Of a stretch of 64,000 nt of DNA, positions 9,123 through 17,929 are shown piece after piece (positions within the stretch are counted from its first letter, which is position 1; each line of letters begins with the position of its first letter). This DNA is from Polyangiales bacterium (GTDB taxonomy: Bacteria; Myxococcota_A; Polyangia; Polyangiales; Polyangiaceae), in NCBI GenBank assembly GCA_038230375.1, contig JBBRNJ010000008.1, forward strand, positions 32,001-96,000. The letters are read 5' to 3'. The notes beneath the pieces are model-generated. The model saw only the letters and a program-made list of their open reading frames with translations. It was not told the origin of the DNA and searched no databases. Made by a program: the position numbers and the translations under genes.

Positions 9123-9785
9123 GTGGTCACTCTGGCTGACGTCCGTCATCTCCGTCCTGCGAAGGCGATCCGTTTCCCCGCTTCCGATCCGGAGTGGGAG
9201 ATGGGCGAATCAGGACGGCATGGGCGGGTGTGCGAGCTGGTCTATCTGCTGCTGCGGCAGGCGGTGGGGGACGCGCACTGTGTCGGCAAGGACAACTTCG
9301 TCTACTTCGATGCCGGTAACCCGCGGCGAAAGTGCGCGCCTGATGCGTTCGTGAAGCTCGGGGTTCCTCACGCCCTCTTCGACTCCTGGAAGGTGTGGGA
9401 GCACGGCGCGCCGGAGCTCGCGGTCGAGATCCTGAGCCCGAGCGACACGCCCGAGACGCTGACGTGGGACCAGAAGATGGAGCGCTACCTCGCGCTCGGC
9501 GTGCGCGAACTCGTCGCGTTCGACATGGAGTCGCCTCTGGGCCAGAGGCTCCTCGCGTGGGACCGCATCGAGAACGATCTGGTGCCGCGCCTCGTGGAGA
9601 ACGAGCGCACGCCGTGCATCACGCTCGGGCTCCACTGGGTCCTCGTGCCCAGCCGCGCGCCGAGTGGCGAGGAGCTTCCGATCGCCCTTCGCCTGTCGCG
9701 CGACGGTGCGGGGCAGGAGCTGTTCCCAACGTTCGCCGAGGCGGAGATCGCGCGCCTCCGCGAGGAGCTAGCCGAGCGGATCTGA
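9123..9785 (+). CDS. Uma2/DUF820 family PD-(D/E)xK endonuclease-like protein
   Basis: H..., APDAFV, PELAVEILSPSD, KMERYLALGVRE; start GTG 9123 (TACGAT 7 nt upstream) or ATG 9114. Confidence 0.85.
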   Translation: MVTLADVRHLRPAKAIRFPASDPEWEMGESGRHGRVCELVYLLLRQAVGDAHCVGKDNFVYFDAGNPRRKCAPDAFVKLGVPHALFDSWKVWEHGAPELAVEILSPSDTPETLTWDQKMERYLALGVRELVAFDMESPLGQRLLAWDRIENDLVPRLVENERTPCITLGLHWVLVPSRAPSGEELPIALRLSRDGAGQELFPTFAEAEIARLREELAERI

Positions 9786-9788
9786 GCT

Positions 9789-10409
9789 TCAGCGAAGCGT
9801 CGCCAGTGCTCGCAGCGGCAGTGCGGCGATCATGGCGTCGATGTCTGCGCGCGTGGCGTCGCCGTTGAGCACCTCCACGTGGAAGCCGTCGAACAGCATG
9901 ATGTAGCCGCTGCAGCGCTGACCCGTGGGCAGCTCGACGCAGTCGTAGAAGCCGCTGCCCGTGCCCCTTGGCAGGTCGAGGGCGATCTGCGGATACGCGG
10001 CGGACTCGCGAAGGAAGAACTGCGACGGCTCACCGCGCGGCGAGAGCTTGAGGCTCGGGCTTCGCGAGTCCGAGATGGTCACCTCCATCTGCGCGCGCGT
10101 GTCCGCGTACGAGCGACGGATGTAGTAGCTGCCGACCTCGACCGGGCCGCCGATGAATCGTCCGAGCTTGTTCGGAAGCACCCACGCGAGCGCCGCCCCC
10201 GCATCGGGCGCGCGGCTGTCGATGACGGTTCTCTGCGGAGCGGAGCTTGCCGTCGCGCTCGGGGTCGACGCTGCGGCGTCTGCACCTGCTTCCGTCGCGG
10301 ACGAGGCCTCTTCCTTCTTGCACGCGGCGAGGCCGGAAAACGCGCCGAGCGCGCTCGATACGTACAGCGCGCGTAGTGCCTTGCTCGTGAATCGTGAATG
10401 GGGTCTCAT
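9789..10409 (-). CDS. putative lipoprotein, unknown function
   Basis: signal ending LAAC followed by KKEE and Ala/Ser linker; start set at MRPHS. Confidence 0.7.
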   Translation of the reverse strand: MRPHSRFTSKALRALYVSSALGAFSGLAACKKEEASSATEAGADAAASTPSATASSAPQRTVIDSRAPDAGAALAWVLPNKLGRFIGGPVEVGSYYIRRSYADTRAQMEVTISDSRSPSLKLSPRGEPSQFFLRESAAYPQIALDLPRGTGSGFYDCVELPTGQRCSGYIMLFDGFHVEVLNGDATRADIDAMIAALPLRALATLR

Positions 10410-10430
10410 CGCGACATCGGAGGTTTCGAC

Positions 10431-10997
10431 ATGGCGACCATTCGCGTGACCAAGGACGAGCTCGTGATCGAGATGCACGGCATGGACAAGTTCTGGGCCC
10501 TCCGGAGCTCGTTGTCGATCCCCCTCGCGCATGTGACCAAGGTGGAGGTGAGGCCCAAGGACGCCCACGTCTCCAACATGAAGGGCGCGGTGCGCGTGGG
10601 CTCGTACGTACCTGGCTACGTACTCGCCGGCTATTACTACATGTCGAACGGCGTCGGTCCAAACGCGGCTGCCGTGTTTGCGAGCCTCGAGCAGGCCGAG
10701 CATGCGATCTCGGCCTGGCCAGAGGGCGATGCCACACCACGCGAGCCGAGCCACCGCGACAAGGCGCTCGAGCACATCACGCGCGCGAACGAGTCCATGC
10801 GCGCGGCCGCGCAAGCTGCGGGCGTCGACCCCGCCGACAAGGGCCGCGGCTGGGCCTTCTACGAGCTGCACGATCCGGAGAAGACCATCGGGCTCGACAT
10901 CGCGGGCGAGAAGATCCGTCGCGTCGTGATCGAGATCGAGGGACAGACACCCGAGGCCGCATCCCAGGCGATCGAAGCCGCCGTTCGCGGCCGCTGA
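10431..10997 (+). CDS. hypothetical protein (bacterial PH-like fold suspected)
   Basis: GGAGG RBS before ATG; KFWALRSSLSIPLAHV...RVGSYVPG pattern; coding-like composition. Confidence 0.7.
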   Translation: MATIRVTKDELVIEMHGMDKFWALRSSLSIPLAHVTKVEVRPKDAHVSNMKGAVRVGSYVPGYVLAGYYYMSNGVGPNAAAVFASLEQAEHAISAWPEGDATPREPSHRDKALEHITRANESMRAAAQAAGVDPADKGRGWAFYELHDPEKTIGLDIAGEKIRRVVIEIEGQTPEAASQAIEAAVRGR

Positions 10998-11000
10998 CAG

Positions 11001-12425
11001 GTGCGAAAGGTCGTCGTCATTGGTGGTGGGCCCTCTGGGCTCGCGTGCGCGCATCGCCTCGCGCAGCAGGGCCTCGCGGTCACGGTGCTGGAGGCCGAGG
11101 ACCGGCCCGGCGGCCTCTGCGCCACGCACGAGAAGGACGGATTCCGCTTCGACCTTGGTGGACATCGCTTCATCTCCGGCGACGCCGAGCTGGCGCGGAA
11201 GGTCCGCGCGTGGATGGGGCCGGAGCTGCTCGTGCAGGAACGGCGCAGCGCGGTGCTGCACGACGGACGCTACTTCCAGTATCCGCTGGACGCGCGGGAT
11301 CTCGTGCGCTCTCTTGGCGTCCGCGAGAACGCGCGCGCGGCGCTGGACTACATGAGGCCGCGACTGGCCCGGACCGCGCCCGATCGGGACTTCGAGTCAT
11401 GGGTTCGTCGGCGGTTCGGCGATTACTTGTATGATGCATTCTTCGGCCCGTACACCGAGAAGCTCTGGGGCCGCCCCGCGCGCGAGATCTCCGCGGACTG
11501 GGCGGAGGAGCGCATCGGCCTGCTCCATCTGGGGGATGCGGCGCTGCGTCTGGTTGGCCTGCGCGCCACGCCCATTCGCACGTACGCACGCCGGTACGAG
11601 TACCCGCGCCTCGGCATGGGTCAGCTCTTCGACCGCATCGCACAGGATGCCACGGACCATGGCGCGCGCATCGAGCTCGGCACGCGCGTCACGGGGTTCG
11701 ACCGTGAGGGCCCGCGCATCGTCGGGGTGCACGCGGAGCGCGCGCAGGGGGGACGCGTCACGTTTGCAGCGGACGCCGTCTACGCGACCAGCGCGCTGCC
11801 CGAGATCGCGCGACAGCTTTCCGTGGTGAGCACGGCGCCCACGGAGGTCTCGGCCGCCGCGTCGCGTCTCCGCTTTCGCGGGCTTCGCTTCCTGAACCTG
11901 TGTCTGCGCGGTGAGGGCGTGCAGGCGTACACCTGGGTGTACGTCGCGGATGGCGCGCGACGCATCTCCCGCATCCAGGAGCCAGCGAAGCGGAGCCCCT
12001 TCATGGTGCCGCCTGGGATGGGTTCGTTGATGCTGGAGATCCCGTGCGAGCCTGGCGACGCGCTGTGGAGCATGCCCGACGACGCGCTCCTCGCGCTGGG
12101 CCTTGCCGAGCTCGACGCGCTGGGCCTGGGCGTGCGCGCGCGCGTGGTGTCGTCGTTCACGGTGCGCGTGGAGGCCGGCTACCCCGTCTATCATCTCTCG
12201 CACGAGGCGGACCGCGCGCGCGTGCTCGACCACCTGTGCGGCGTCCCCAACCTGGTCGTGGGCGGGCGACAGGGCCTGTTCCGCTACGTGTTCCTCGACC
12301 GCGCCATGCAGATGGGCGACGACGCGGCGCGCGCCATCGCGTCCGGGCAGATGCGTGCAAACTGCACGGAACGTCCGCGTGTCCGTGCAAGCGTGCCGCT
12401 CGAGGCCGCAGCGCTGCTGGGCTGA
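11001..12425 (+). CDS. FAD-dependent oxidoreductase (amine oxidase/UDP-Galp-mutase-like family)
   Basis: VVIGGGPSG, RPGG, DLGGHRF, FFGPYTEKLWG, GRQGLFRY. Confidence 0.85.
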   Translation: MRKVVVIGGGPSGLACAHRLAQQGLAVTVLEAEDRPGGLCATHEKDGFRFDLGGHRFISGDAELARKVRAWMGPELLVQERRSAVLHDGRYFQYPLDARDLVRSLGVRENARAALDYMRPRLARTAPDRDFESWVRRRFGDYLYDAFFGPYTEKLWGRPAREISADWAEERIGLLHLGDAALRLVGLRATPIRTYARRYEYPRLGMGQLFDRIAQDATDHGARIELGTRVTGFDREGPRIVGVHAERAQGGRVTFAADAVYATSALPEIARQLSVVSTAPTEVSAAASRLRFRGLRFLNLCLRGEGVQAYTWVYVADGARRISRIQEPAKRSPFMVPPGMGSLMLEIPCEPGDALWSMPDDALLALGLAELDALGLGVRARVVSSFTVRVEAGYPVYHLSHEADRARVLDHLCGVPNLVVGGRQGLFRYVFLDRAMQMGDDAARAIASGQMRANCTERPRVRASVPLEAAALLG

Positions 12426-12468
12426 GTGAACGCAGGCGGGACTGGATCCGGCCCACGCGGCGGTGCGC

Positions 12469-12633
12469 TCAGAAGTCGAAGTAGACGTTGTCCATCTGAT
12501 AGCTGGTTGGACCGGCAGGCGTGTAGCGGTAGTGCATGCCCGCCGAATGATCGGACCCAGAGAAGGGCGAGCAGCACACCAGGGCCACGGCGAAAGCACC
12601 TCCGACACCCAGCCCCCGCATCACGTCGCGCAT
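12469..12633 (-). CDS. 54-aa putative lipoprotein or gene remnant
   Basis: TACAGT 6 nt before ATG; hydrophobic stretch ending LVCC; fills the gap between two genes. Confidence 0.4.
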   Translation of the reverse strand: MRDVMRGLGVGGAFAVALVCCSPFSGSDHSAGMHYRYTPAGPTSYQMDNVYFDF

Positions 12634-12664
12634 GTCGTCACTGTACCCCAAGGTTCGGAGCAAG

Positions 12665-15415
12665 CTACTGGACGCGTGTGCGCGTCATCTCGGTCAGCGG
12701 CGGCTCGGTGCCGCCCGCTGCGGCCGCGTACGGCACCTTGATGTTCCGGTAGTAGAGGACGGCATCCAGCTGCGTCGCGCCCGTGGGCAGGGCGGAAGGC
12801 GCGGTCAACAGGAGATCCAGCGAGCCCTGCGCAGGGATGCGGCGGTCGAAGCGAATGGAGCGCGCGCGCGACAGCTCGTGGAACTGTAGTGCGAGACCGT
12901 CGTCGTCGTTGAAGTCCAGCCCAAGGCGCCCCGGCACAGACGTGAGCGCACCGCTCAGCGGCGATCCATACCGCGCGATCACGTTGTGCTGCGCGTCCAC
13001 GGCCTGCACCTCGACCCATGTCTCCTTCACGTCGGCAACGCCGGTGGGGAATGAGTGTGCCGCCGTGACGTTCTTCGCCACCACGTGGATCGCGCCATCC
13101 GCGCCGCGGGTGGCCGTCAGCGTGACCGTCCCCTTGAGCCGCGCGTCCAGTACTGCCAGCGCCGTCTTGTCGTTCGTTGCAAGATACACGTTTCCGCCCA
13201 GCGCCGCGTGGTCGGCGATGCCGTCGGTCTTGTGCATGTGGCAGTCGGCGCACGTGGCCTTGCCCACGTAAGGACTGCGCGCGTACTCGCCGTAGGTATC
13301 GATGCCGGTGACGCCGACGCCCGGCACGAACTGCTGGTGGCAGCCCGCGCAGAACTCCGGCTGACGAAGCAGCGCGAGGCTGGCGATACCCGCCGCCTTG
13401 TGATCTTGCGTCCAATCGATGACGGAGCCCGAGACGATGTCGGCGTTTCCACCCGCGTGCGTGAGCGCGGTCGTGTCGTGGCAACCGCGGCAGGTCACGC
13501 CGTCACCGATGCTCTTCGCAAGCGCGCCGCTCCCGACCTGCTTCGGTGTGTGGCAGCCTTCGCAGAGGCGCGGGAATGCGCCGCCCACCTGGGAGCCTTC
13601 GAGGCGCGCGCAGTACGACACCATCTTGTCGGAGCCGGCGCGCGAGTGGATGCTCTTCTGCCACGCCGCGTACTCTGGCTTGTGGCAGCCGCCGCACCAG
13701 GCTCCGTCGTTGTACGGATCGTACTTCGTTGCGTCGCCGAGCAGCCACGTGGGGCCGAGCGGAAGGTCACGCGCGACCACCGCCGCGAGCGCCGTGGCCA
13801 TGGTCTTCGCAGCATCGGTTGGCTTTCCGGGATCGACCGCGCCGGTCCTGTCCTGTCCCAACCTGTCGGGCGCGAGCCCGCCTTGCTCCGAGATCGCCAC
13901 CAGGATGTCGTGGGGGTCGAAGCCGGTCGGCTTCGGGTACTCGGGGACGGAGGCGAAGAGGTCGCGCAGGCCGGTGTGACCACGGGCGGCGTCCTTGGCC
14001 TCGACCGGCGTCAGGGCGTCGAAGAACACGCTGTTCGTCTGGCGGAAGCCGTCCAGGTGGCACGCGTTGCACGACATCCAGTTGTTGCCCGTGATCGCCG
14101 TGTCTCCCTTGCGGGAGTTGGCGCGGAAGAAGAGCGTCTTGCCCAGGCGAAGCGTGGGAGTCACCGGGTCCTGCGCAACAGTCTTGATGGGCGCGCCGAA
14201 CACGCGGGCCGCGTCCACGAGGCTGCCGGCGCGCGTGTCGATGACAGAGAGCTCGTGGGATTCGCTCGCGTACACGAACGCGCGGGCGCCGGTTGTATCG
14301 AGCGCGAGGCCGGACGGGTGATCACCGGGGAGTGCGCGCAGCGCGCCCGTGACGATGCCGCGGACCAGATCGAAGGTGAGGAGGTCCTCGCTTCCGCACG
14401 CGAGGACATAGCCGACGTCGCCGTTCGGGTGCAGGGCCGCGGCGCATGGCTGCGAGAAGACCATCGTGTCGCCGGTGGGCTCGAGCACGTTGATCGCATC
14501 GAACAGGTTCTTGCGGCCGTCGATCAGCCCGGTCGTGGGATCGGTCTGCACCTCCGCCCGCATGGTGAGGTCCACGACGCTGACGGCGGGAAAGATGACG
14601 CTCTGGAACTGAAACGGATGTGTGGGAGCAAGGAGCTGGTGCGGAAGCCACACGCCGTCGTCGGTGGCGGTGACGGCGATGCCCTCGAACGCGAATGGTC
14701 GCCCGTTCGGTACCTTCGGATCATCCGTGCGCGGCTCATCCGCCAGCGCGACGTCGGCCACGGTGGGTGCAGCGGCCGACATGTCCAGGATGGAGAGCTT
14801 GGCGTCGATGCGGTGCGAGACCAGCAGCGTGGGCGCGCCTTTCGTCATGGCCAGGCCGGTGGGCAACCTGCCCGCGGGCGTGACGTTCGTGCGCGTCCCC
14901 AGCGTGCGGTCCACGGTCGCGATGCCCTCTTCAGTTGCAATATACAACCATCGCGGATCGCCGGTGTTGAACACGCAGCCGCGCGGGCGAGTTCCCAGCA
15001 CGATGCGCCGCGCCACCTTGTGCGTGTCCGGGTACACCAGCGTGACGGCGCCGCCCATGCGATCGACTGCCGCGACGAACGCGCCGTCGGGCGCGATGCA
15101 CACGTCGCCGACCTCGAGGCCGATGGCAAGCTCTGCCTTCACCTTCCCCGCGTCGACGTCCACCTCCGTGAGCGTCCCGACGTCACCGTTCGCGACCCAC
15201 GCCGTTCCGCGCAGGCGATCGAACGCGACGTTCGACGACGACACGCTCGTGCGCGCATCCGGCGCGATCAGCGCGGGCGGCTTCGCCTCGAGCGGCTGGT
15301 CGGATGTGTCCACGGCTGTGCCTGGGACTGTCTCCTTCGGAAAGTGCTCCTCGCACGCGAAGACCACCACCGCAGCGGACAATGCGAAGATGAGAACCCA
15401 CGAGCGCATCGGCAT
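12665..15415 (-). CDS. lipoprotein: YVTN-like beta-propeller fused to multiheme cytochrome c (6 CxxCH)
   Basis: VFAC lipobox; propeller repeats (AWVAN, FVAAVD, LYIAT, GYVLA, AFVYA); CNACH, CGGCH, CEGCH, CRGCH, CAGCH, CADCH; HSFPTG. Confidence 0.88.
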   Translation of the reverse strand: MPMRSWVLIFALSAAVVVFACEEHFPKETVPGTAVDTSDQPLEAKPPALIAPDARTSVSSSNVAFDRLRGTAWVANGDVGTLTEVDVDAGKVKAELAIGLEVGDVCIAPDGAFVAAVDRMGGAVTLVYPDTHKVARRIVLGTRPRGCVFNTGDPRWLYIATEEGIATVDRTLGTRTNVTPAGRLPTGLAMTKGAPTLLVSHRIDAKLSILDMSAAAPTVADVALADEPRTDDPKVPNGRPFAFEGIAVTATDDGVWLPHQLLAPTHPFQFQSVIFPAVSVVDLTMRAEVQTDPTTGLIDGRKNLFDAINVLEPTGDTMVFSQPCAAALHPNGDVGYVLACGSEDLLTFDLVRGIVTGALRALPGDHPSGLALDTTGARAFVYASESHELSVIDTRAGSLVDAARVFGAPIKTVAQDPVTPTLRLGKTLFFRANSRKGDTAITGNNWMSCNACHLDGFRQTNSVFFDALTPVEAKDAARGHTGLRDLFASVPEYPKPTGFDPHDILVAISEQGGLAPDRLGQDRTGAVDPGKPTDAAKTMATALAAVVARDLPLGPTWLLGDATKYDPYNDGAWCGGCHKPEYAAWQKSIHSRAGSDKMVSYCARLEGSQVGGAFPRLCEGCHTPKQVGSGALAKSIGDGVTCRGCHDTTALTHAGGNADIVSGSVIDWTQDHKAAGIASLALLRQPEFCAGCHQQFVPGVGVTGIDTYGEYARSPYVGKATCADCHMHKTDGIADHAALGGNVYLATNDKTALAVLDARLKGTVTLTATRGADGAIHVVAKNVTAAHSFPTGVADVKETWVEVQAVDAQHNVIARYGSPLSGALTSVPGRLGLDFNDDDGLALQFHELSRARSIRFDRRIPAQGSLDLLLTAPSALPTGATQLDAVLYYRNIKVPYAAAAGGTEPPLTEMTRTRVQ

Positions 15416-15471
15416 CGTTGACTACCATAATGGGGTGCGCCAAGTCGGGATCTTCGCTAGGATTCGCCGCG

Positions 15472-17916
15472 ATGCGGAAGCTGCTGGTGTACGGCTCGAT
15501 GTCCGGGCTCGCGACGCTCCTCGCGCTTGCCGCGGCGTGCGGAAGCACGACGTATGCGGACGGTCCCGATGCAGCCGTTGATGCGAGCGCGGATGTGCCA
15601 ACGCACGACCGCGTGTATCCTGCGTTCGACGGCGGGAACGTGTCGAGCGGCGCACGCGTGAAGGTCGTCGCGGAGACGGAGTCGCGCACGGTCTCCATCG
15701 AGGAGCTGATGTTCGCCGCGGGCGAGATGCAGATCTCAGGTGAGCCGTTCGCGGAGGGGTTCGCGGGTCGCGATCTGGGCGGCTATGACCGAACCGCGCT
15801 CCCGCCCAACCTCTACATCGTGCGGGCAGGCACGGAAGACGAGGAGCAGATCACCGATCTCTTCGGTTATGCCACCGCCGTCGAGTCGTACGAGTACTCG
15901 AAGTACCACATGCTGCAGGTGTCGCTGCAGTCCACGGCCGGCGTGTCGCTCGCGCGCGGGCCCCTTGTCGCGAAGCTGCCCGGCGCGGATGTGCTGGAGC
16001 GCATGCGCAACCAGGGCGCGCTCATCCTGGGCAGCGCGGGCGCGGACCTCGCGGGGCTTGCCACGGTGCCGCCGCCCACTGCGAACCTGCTCAACTACTT
16101 CGGCTTCCGCGGCATGTGGCCGTCGTTCCTTCCCTACAAGAGCATGGAGCCGACGATCGCGGCGGACGGCCAGGTCGTGCGCTCGTGCACGTTCTCCGGC
16201 GGCTACGGCGGCATCCCCACCATCGGCAACAGCGTGCCCGAGTACGAGTGCAGCTACGACCCGATGCACCTCGCCGATCGCGACGCGCAGGTCGACAAGA
16301 CCCTGGTGCCCAGCACCATCGGCTTCGCTGCGTGGAAGCAGGCGCTCTGGAGCATAGACTTCGTGAGCCGCCTGCACGACAGCGCGAGCAACCCCGTCAA
16401 CGCCGTCGCCGACGCGGACATCTCGCAGGTGGGGATCTTCGGCAACGCCGTGCTCGCGACGGACCCGGTCAACGCAGAGGTCGGTACGTTCATCGGCTCC
16501 TCGCCCCTTGAAGGCTCGTGGGGCATGATGATGGTGACGAACATGGACAACGCGGCGGAGTACCTGCTCACGTCGCTCCTCACCACGGACGGAAAGACGC
16601 TCGTGTCTCCGTTCGCGTCGCGCGCGGACGCGCTTGCCTACGACTACACCACGCCGCTCACGTGGTTCCCCGCGTCCACGAAGGTGACCGAGGATGGAAC
16701 GAAGCTGATGTACGGCGGTCCGGACGCTGGCGTGAAGGACCCCACGAACGGCGATCCATTCCCGGCCATCGTCAGCACGAAGATCGTGGACGGAAGCTCA
16801 CGCTCGCGCGATCTCTCCGCGCTCCTCCTGGGGCACGCGATGTTCTTCGGCATGACGGACGCACGCAACGTCGGCGTGGGCCAGCGGCTCGGGCTCCGGC
16901 TTGCATTCGACGGCTCGCCCTTCCCGAAGGACAACGGCCTCCCCGATGGTGAGGACACAGCACACGACCGCGCGCTCGCCGTGATGCGTGTAGCCTTCAT
17001 CGATCTCGACCGCATCCACCGCGACCCTGCGGTTCACGTCTTCCACGACACCGCCTCCATCGACGCGACAGGCGCGGTGACGCGGGGCGGGAAGGCCTCC
17101 GTGACGGAGCTCGCGCACGCGATCATCGGCCTGCGCCAGACGCTGCTTTCGCTGAACGGCAAGATCACGCAGTATGGCGCAGCGGATCCCAGTCTGGACG
17201 CAGACAACGATGGCATCCTGAACTCGATCCCGTTCCACCCGCGGGATGGCACGGAGACCATGAGCGGCCGCGTGCGCAGGCTCATCACCGAGAACGCCGC
17301 CTTCGTTCGCGACGTGCTCACCACGTCCGATGGCACCGTCCGCAACTTCGCGAGCGTGGGCCTTGGCGTGGCCACGGCGGATACCGCGCCCGCCACGCTG
17401 GAGTCGCAGGCGGCCGCCGTGCGCGCCCTCACCGACGGCTTCCTGGTCACCCGCGACGAGACCCTTCGCACGCGCGCGCGTGCGGTCGCCTCGCGGCTTG
17501 ACGTTGTCTTCTACGACAGAGCAGCGCGCATGCATCGGGGCGTCGCCGGCGGTCCGACCGACGTGCACATGACGCCGTGGCGCTTCGGATGGCTGCTCTC
17601 TGCCATGCGCGAGTCCTACAAGGTCCTCTACGTCGAGGGCGATCCGGTGCTCGATCGCTCGGTGCTCGCCGACCGCATCGCACGCTCGATCAAGCTGTAT
17701 CTGAACGGCTGGGACGACCTGGACGGCGACCAGATGGTGACGCCGGGCGAGTGCCTGGGCGCGCGCATGCAGCTCGGTGAGCAGCCGCTCACGGGCGAGC
17801 TCGGCCTGGACACCAGCGGGCTGTCGTCCGATCGCGACGGCGACTGCGTGCTCGAGATCGACGACGCGAAGACCTCCAGCGTGCTCGCGGGCGCCGTGCG
17901 CTTCCACACGAACTGA
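15472..17916 (+). CDS. large lipoprotein of unknown function (814 aa)
   Basis: MRKLL...LAAAC lipobox; C-terminal helical segments and DxDGD loops; strong coding signal. Confidence 0.85.
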   Translation: MRKLLVYGSMSGLATLLALAAACGSTTYADGPDAAVDASADVPTHDRVYPAFDGGNVSSGARVKVVAETESRTVSIEELMFAAGEMQISGEPFAEGFAGRDLGGYDRTALPPNLYIVRAGTEDEEQITDLFGYATAVESYEYSKYHMLQVSLQSTAGVSLARGPLVAKLPGADVLERMRNQGALILGSAGADLAGLATVPPPTANLLNYFGFRGMWPSFLPYKSMEPTIAADGQVVRSCTFSGGYGGIPTIGNSVPEYECSYDPMHLADRDAQVDKTLVPSTIGFAAWKQALWSIDFVSRLHDSASNPVNAVADADISQVGIFGNAVLATDPVNAEVGTFIGSSPLEGSWGMMMVTNMDNAAEYLLTSLLTTDGKTLVSPFASRADALAYDYTTPLTWFPASTKVTEDGTKLMYGGPDAGVKDPTNGDPFPAIVSTKIVDGSSRSRDLSALLLGHAMFFGMTDARNVGVGQRLGLRLAFDGSPFPKDNGLPDGEDTAHDRALAVMRVAFIDLDRIHRDPAVHVFHDTASIDATGAVTRGGKASVTELAHAIIGLRQTLLSLNGKITQYGAADPSLDADNDGILNSIPFHPRDGTETMSGRVRRLITENAAFVRDVLTTSDGTVRNFASVGLGVATADTAPATLESQAAAVRALTDGFLVTRDETLRTRARAVASRLDVVFYDRAARMHRGVAGGPTDVHMTPWRFGWLLSAMRESYKVLYVEGDPVLDRSVLADRIARSIKLYLNGWDDLDGDQMVTPGECLGARMQLGEQPLTGELGLDTSGLSSDRDGDCVLEIDDAKTSSVLAGAVRFHTN

Positions 17917-17929
17917 CGCTCGTGGAGCG

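Noticed and set aside
9123..9785. Uma2 nuclease as a defence or mobile-element marker
   Set aside because: Solitary, with no methylase, integrase or flanking repeats; this family is commonly expanded in such genomes
11001..12425. Calling this hemY/hemG because cytochromes and hemE are in the window
   Set aside because: Motifs (GGHRF, YTEKLWG, GRQGLFRY) fit the mutase-like FAD family better than HemY
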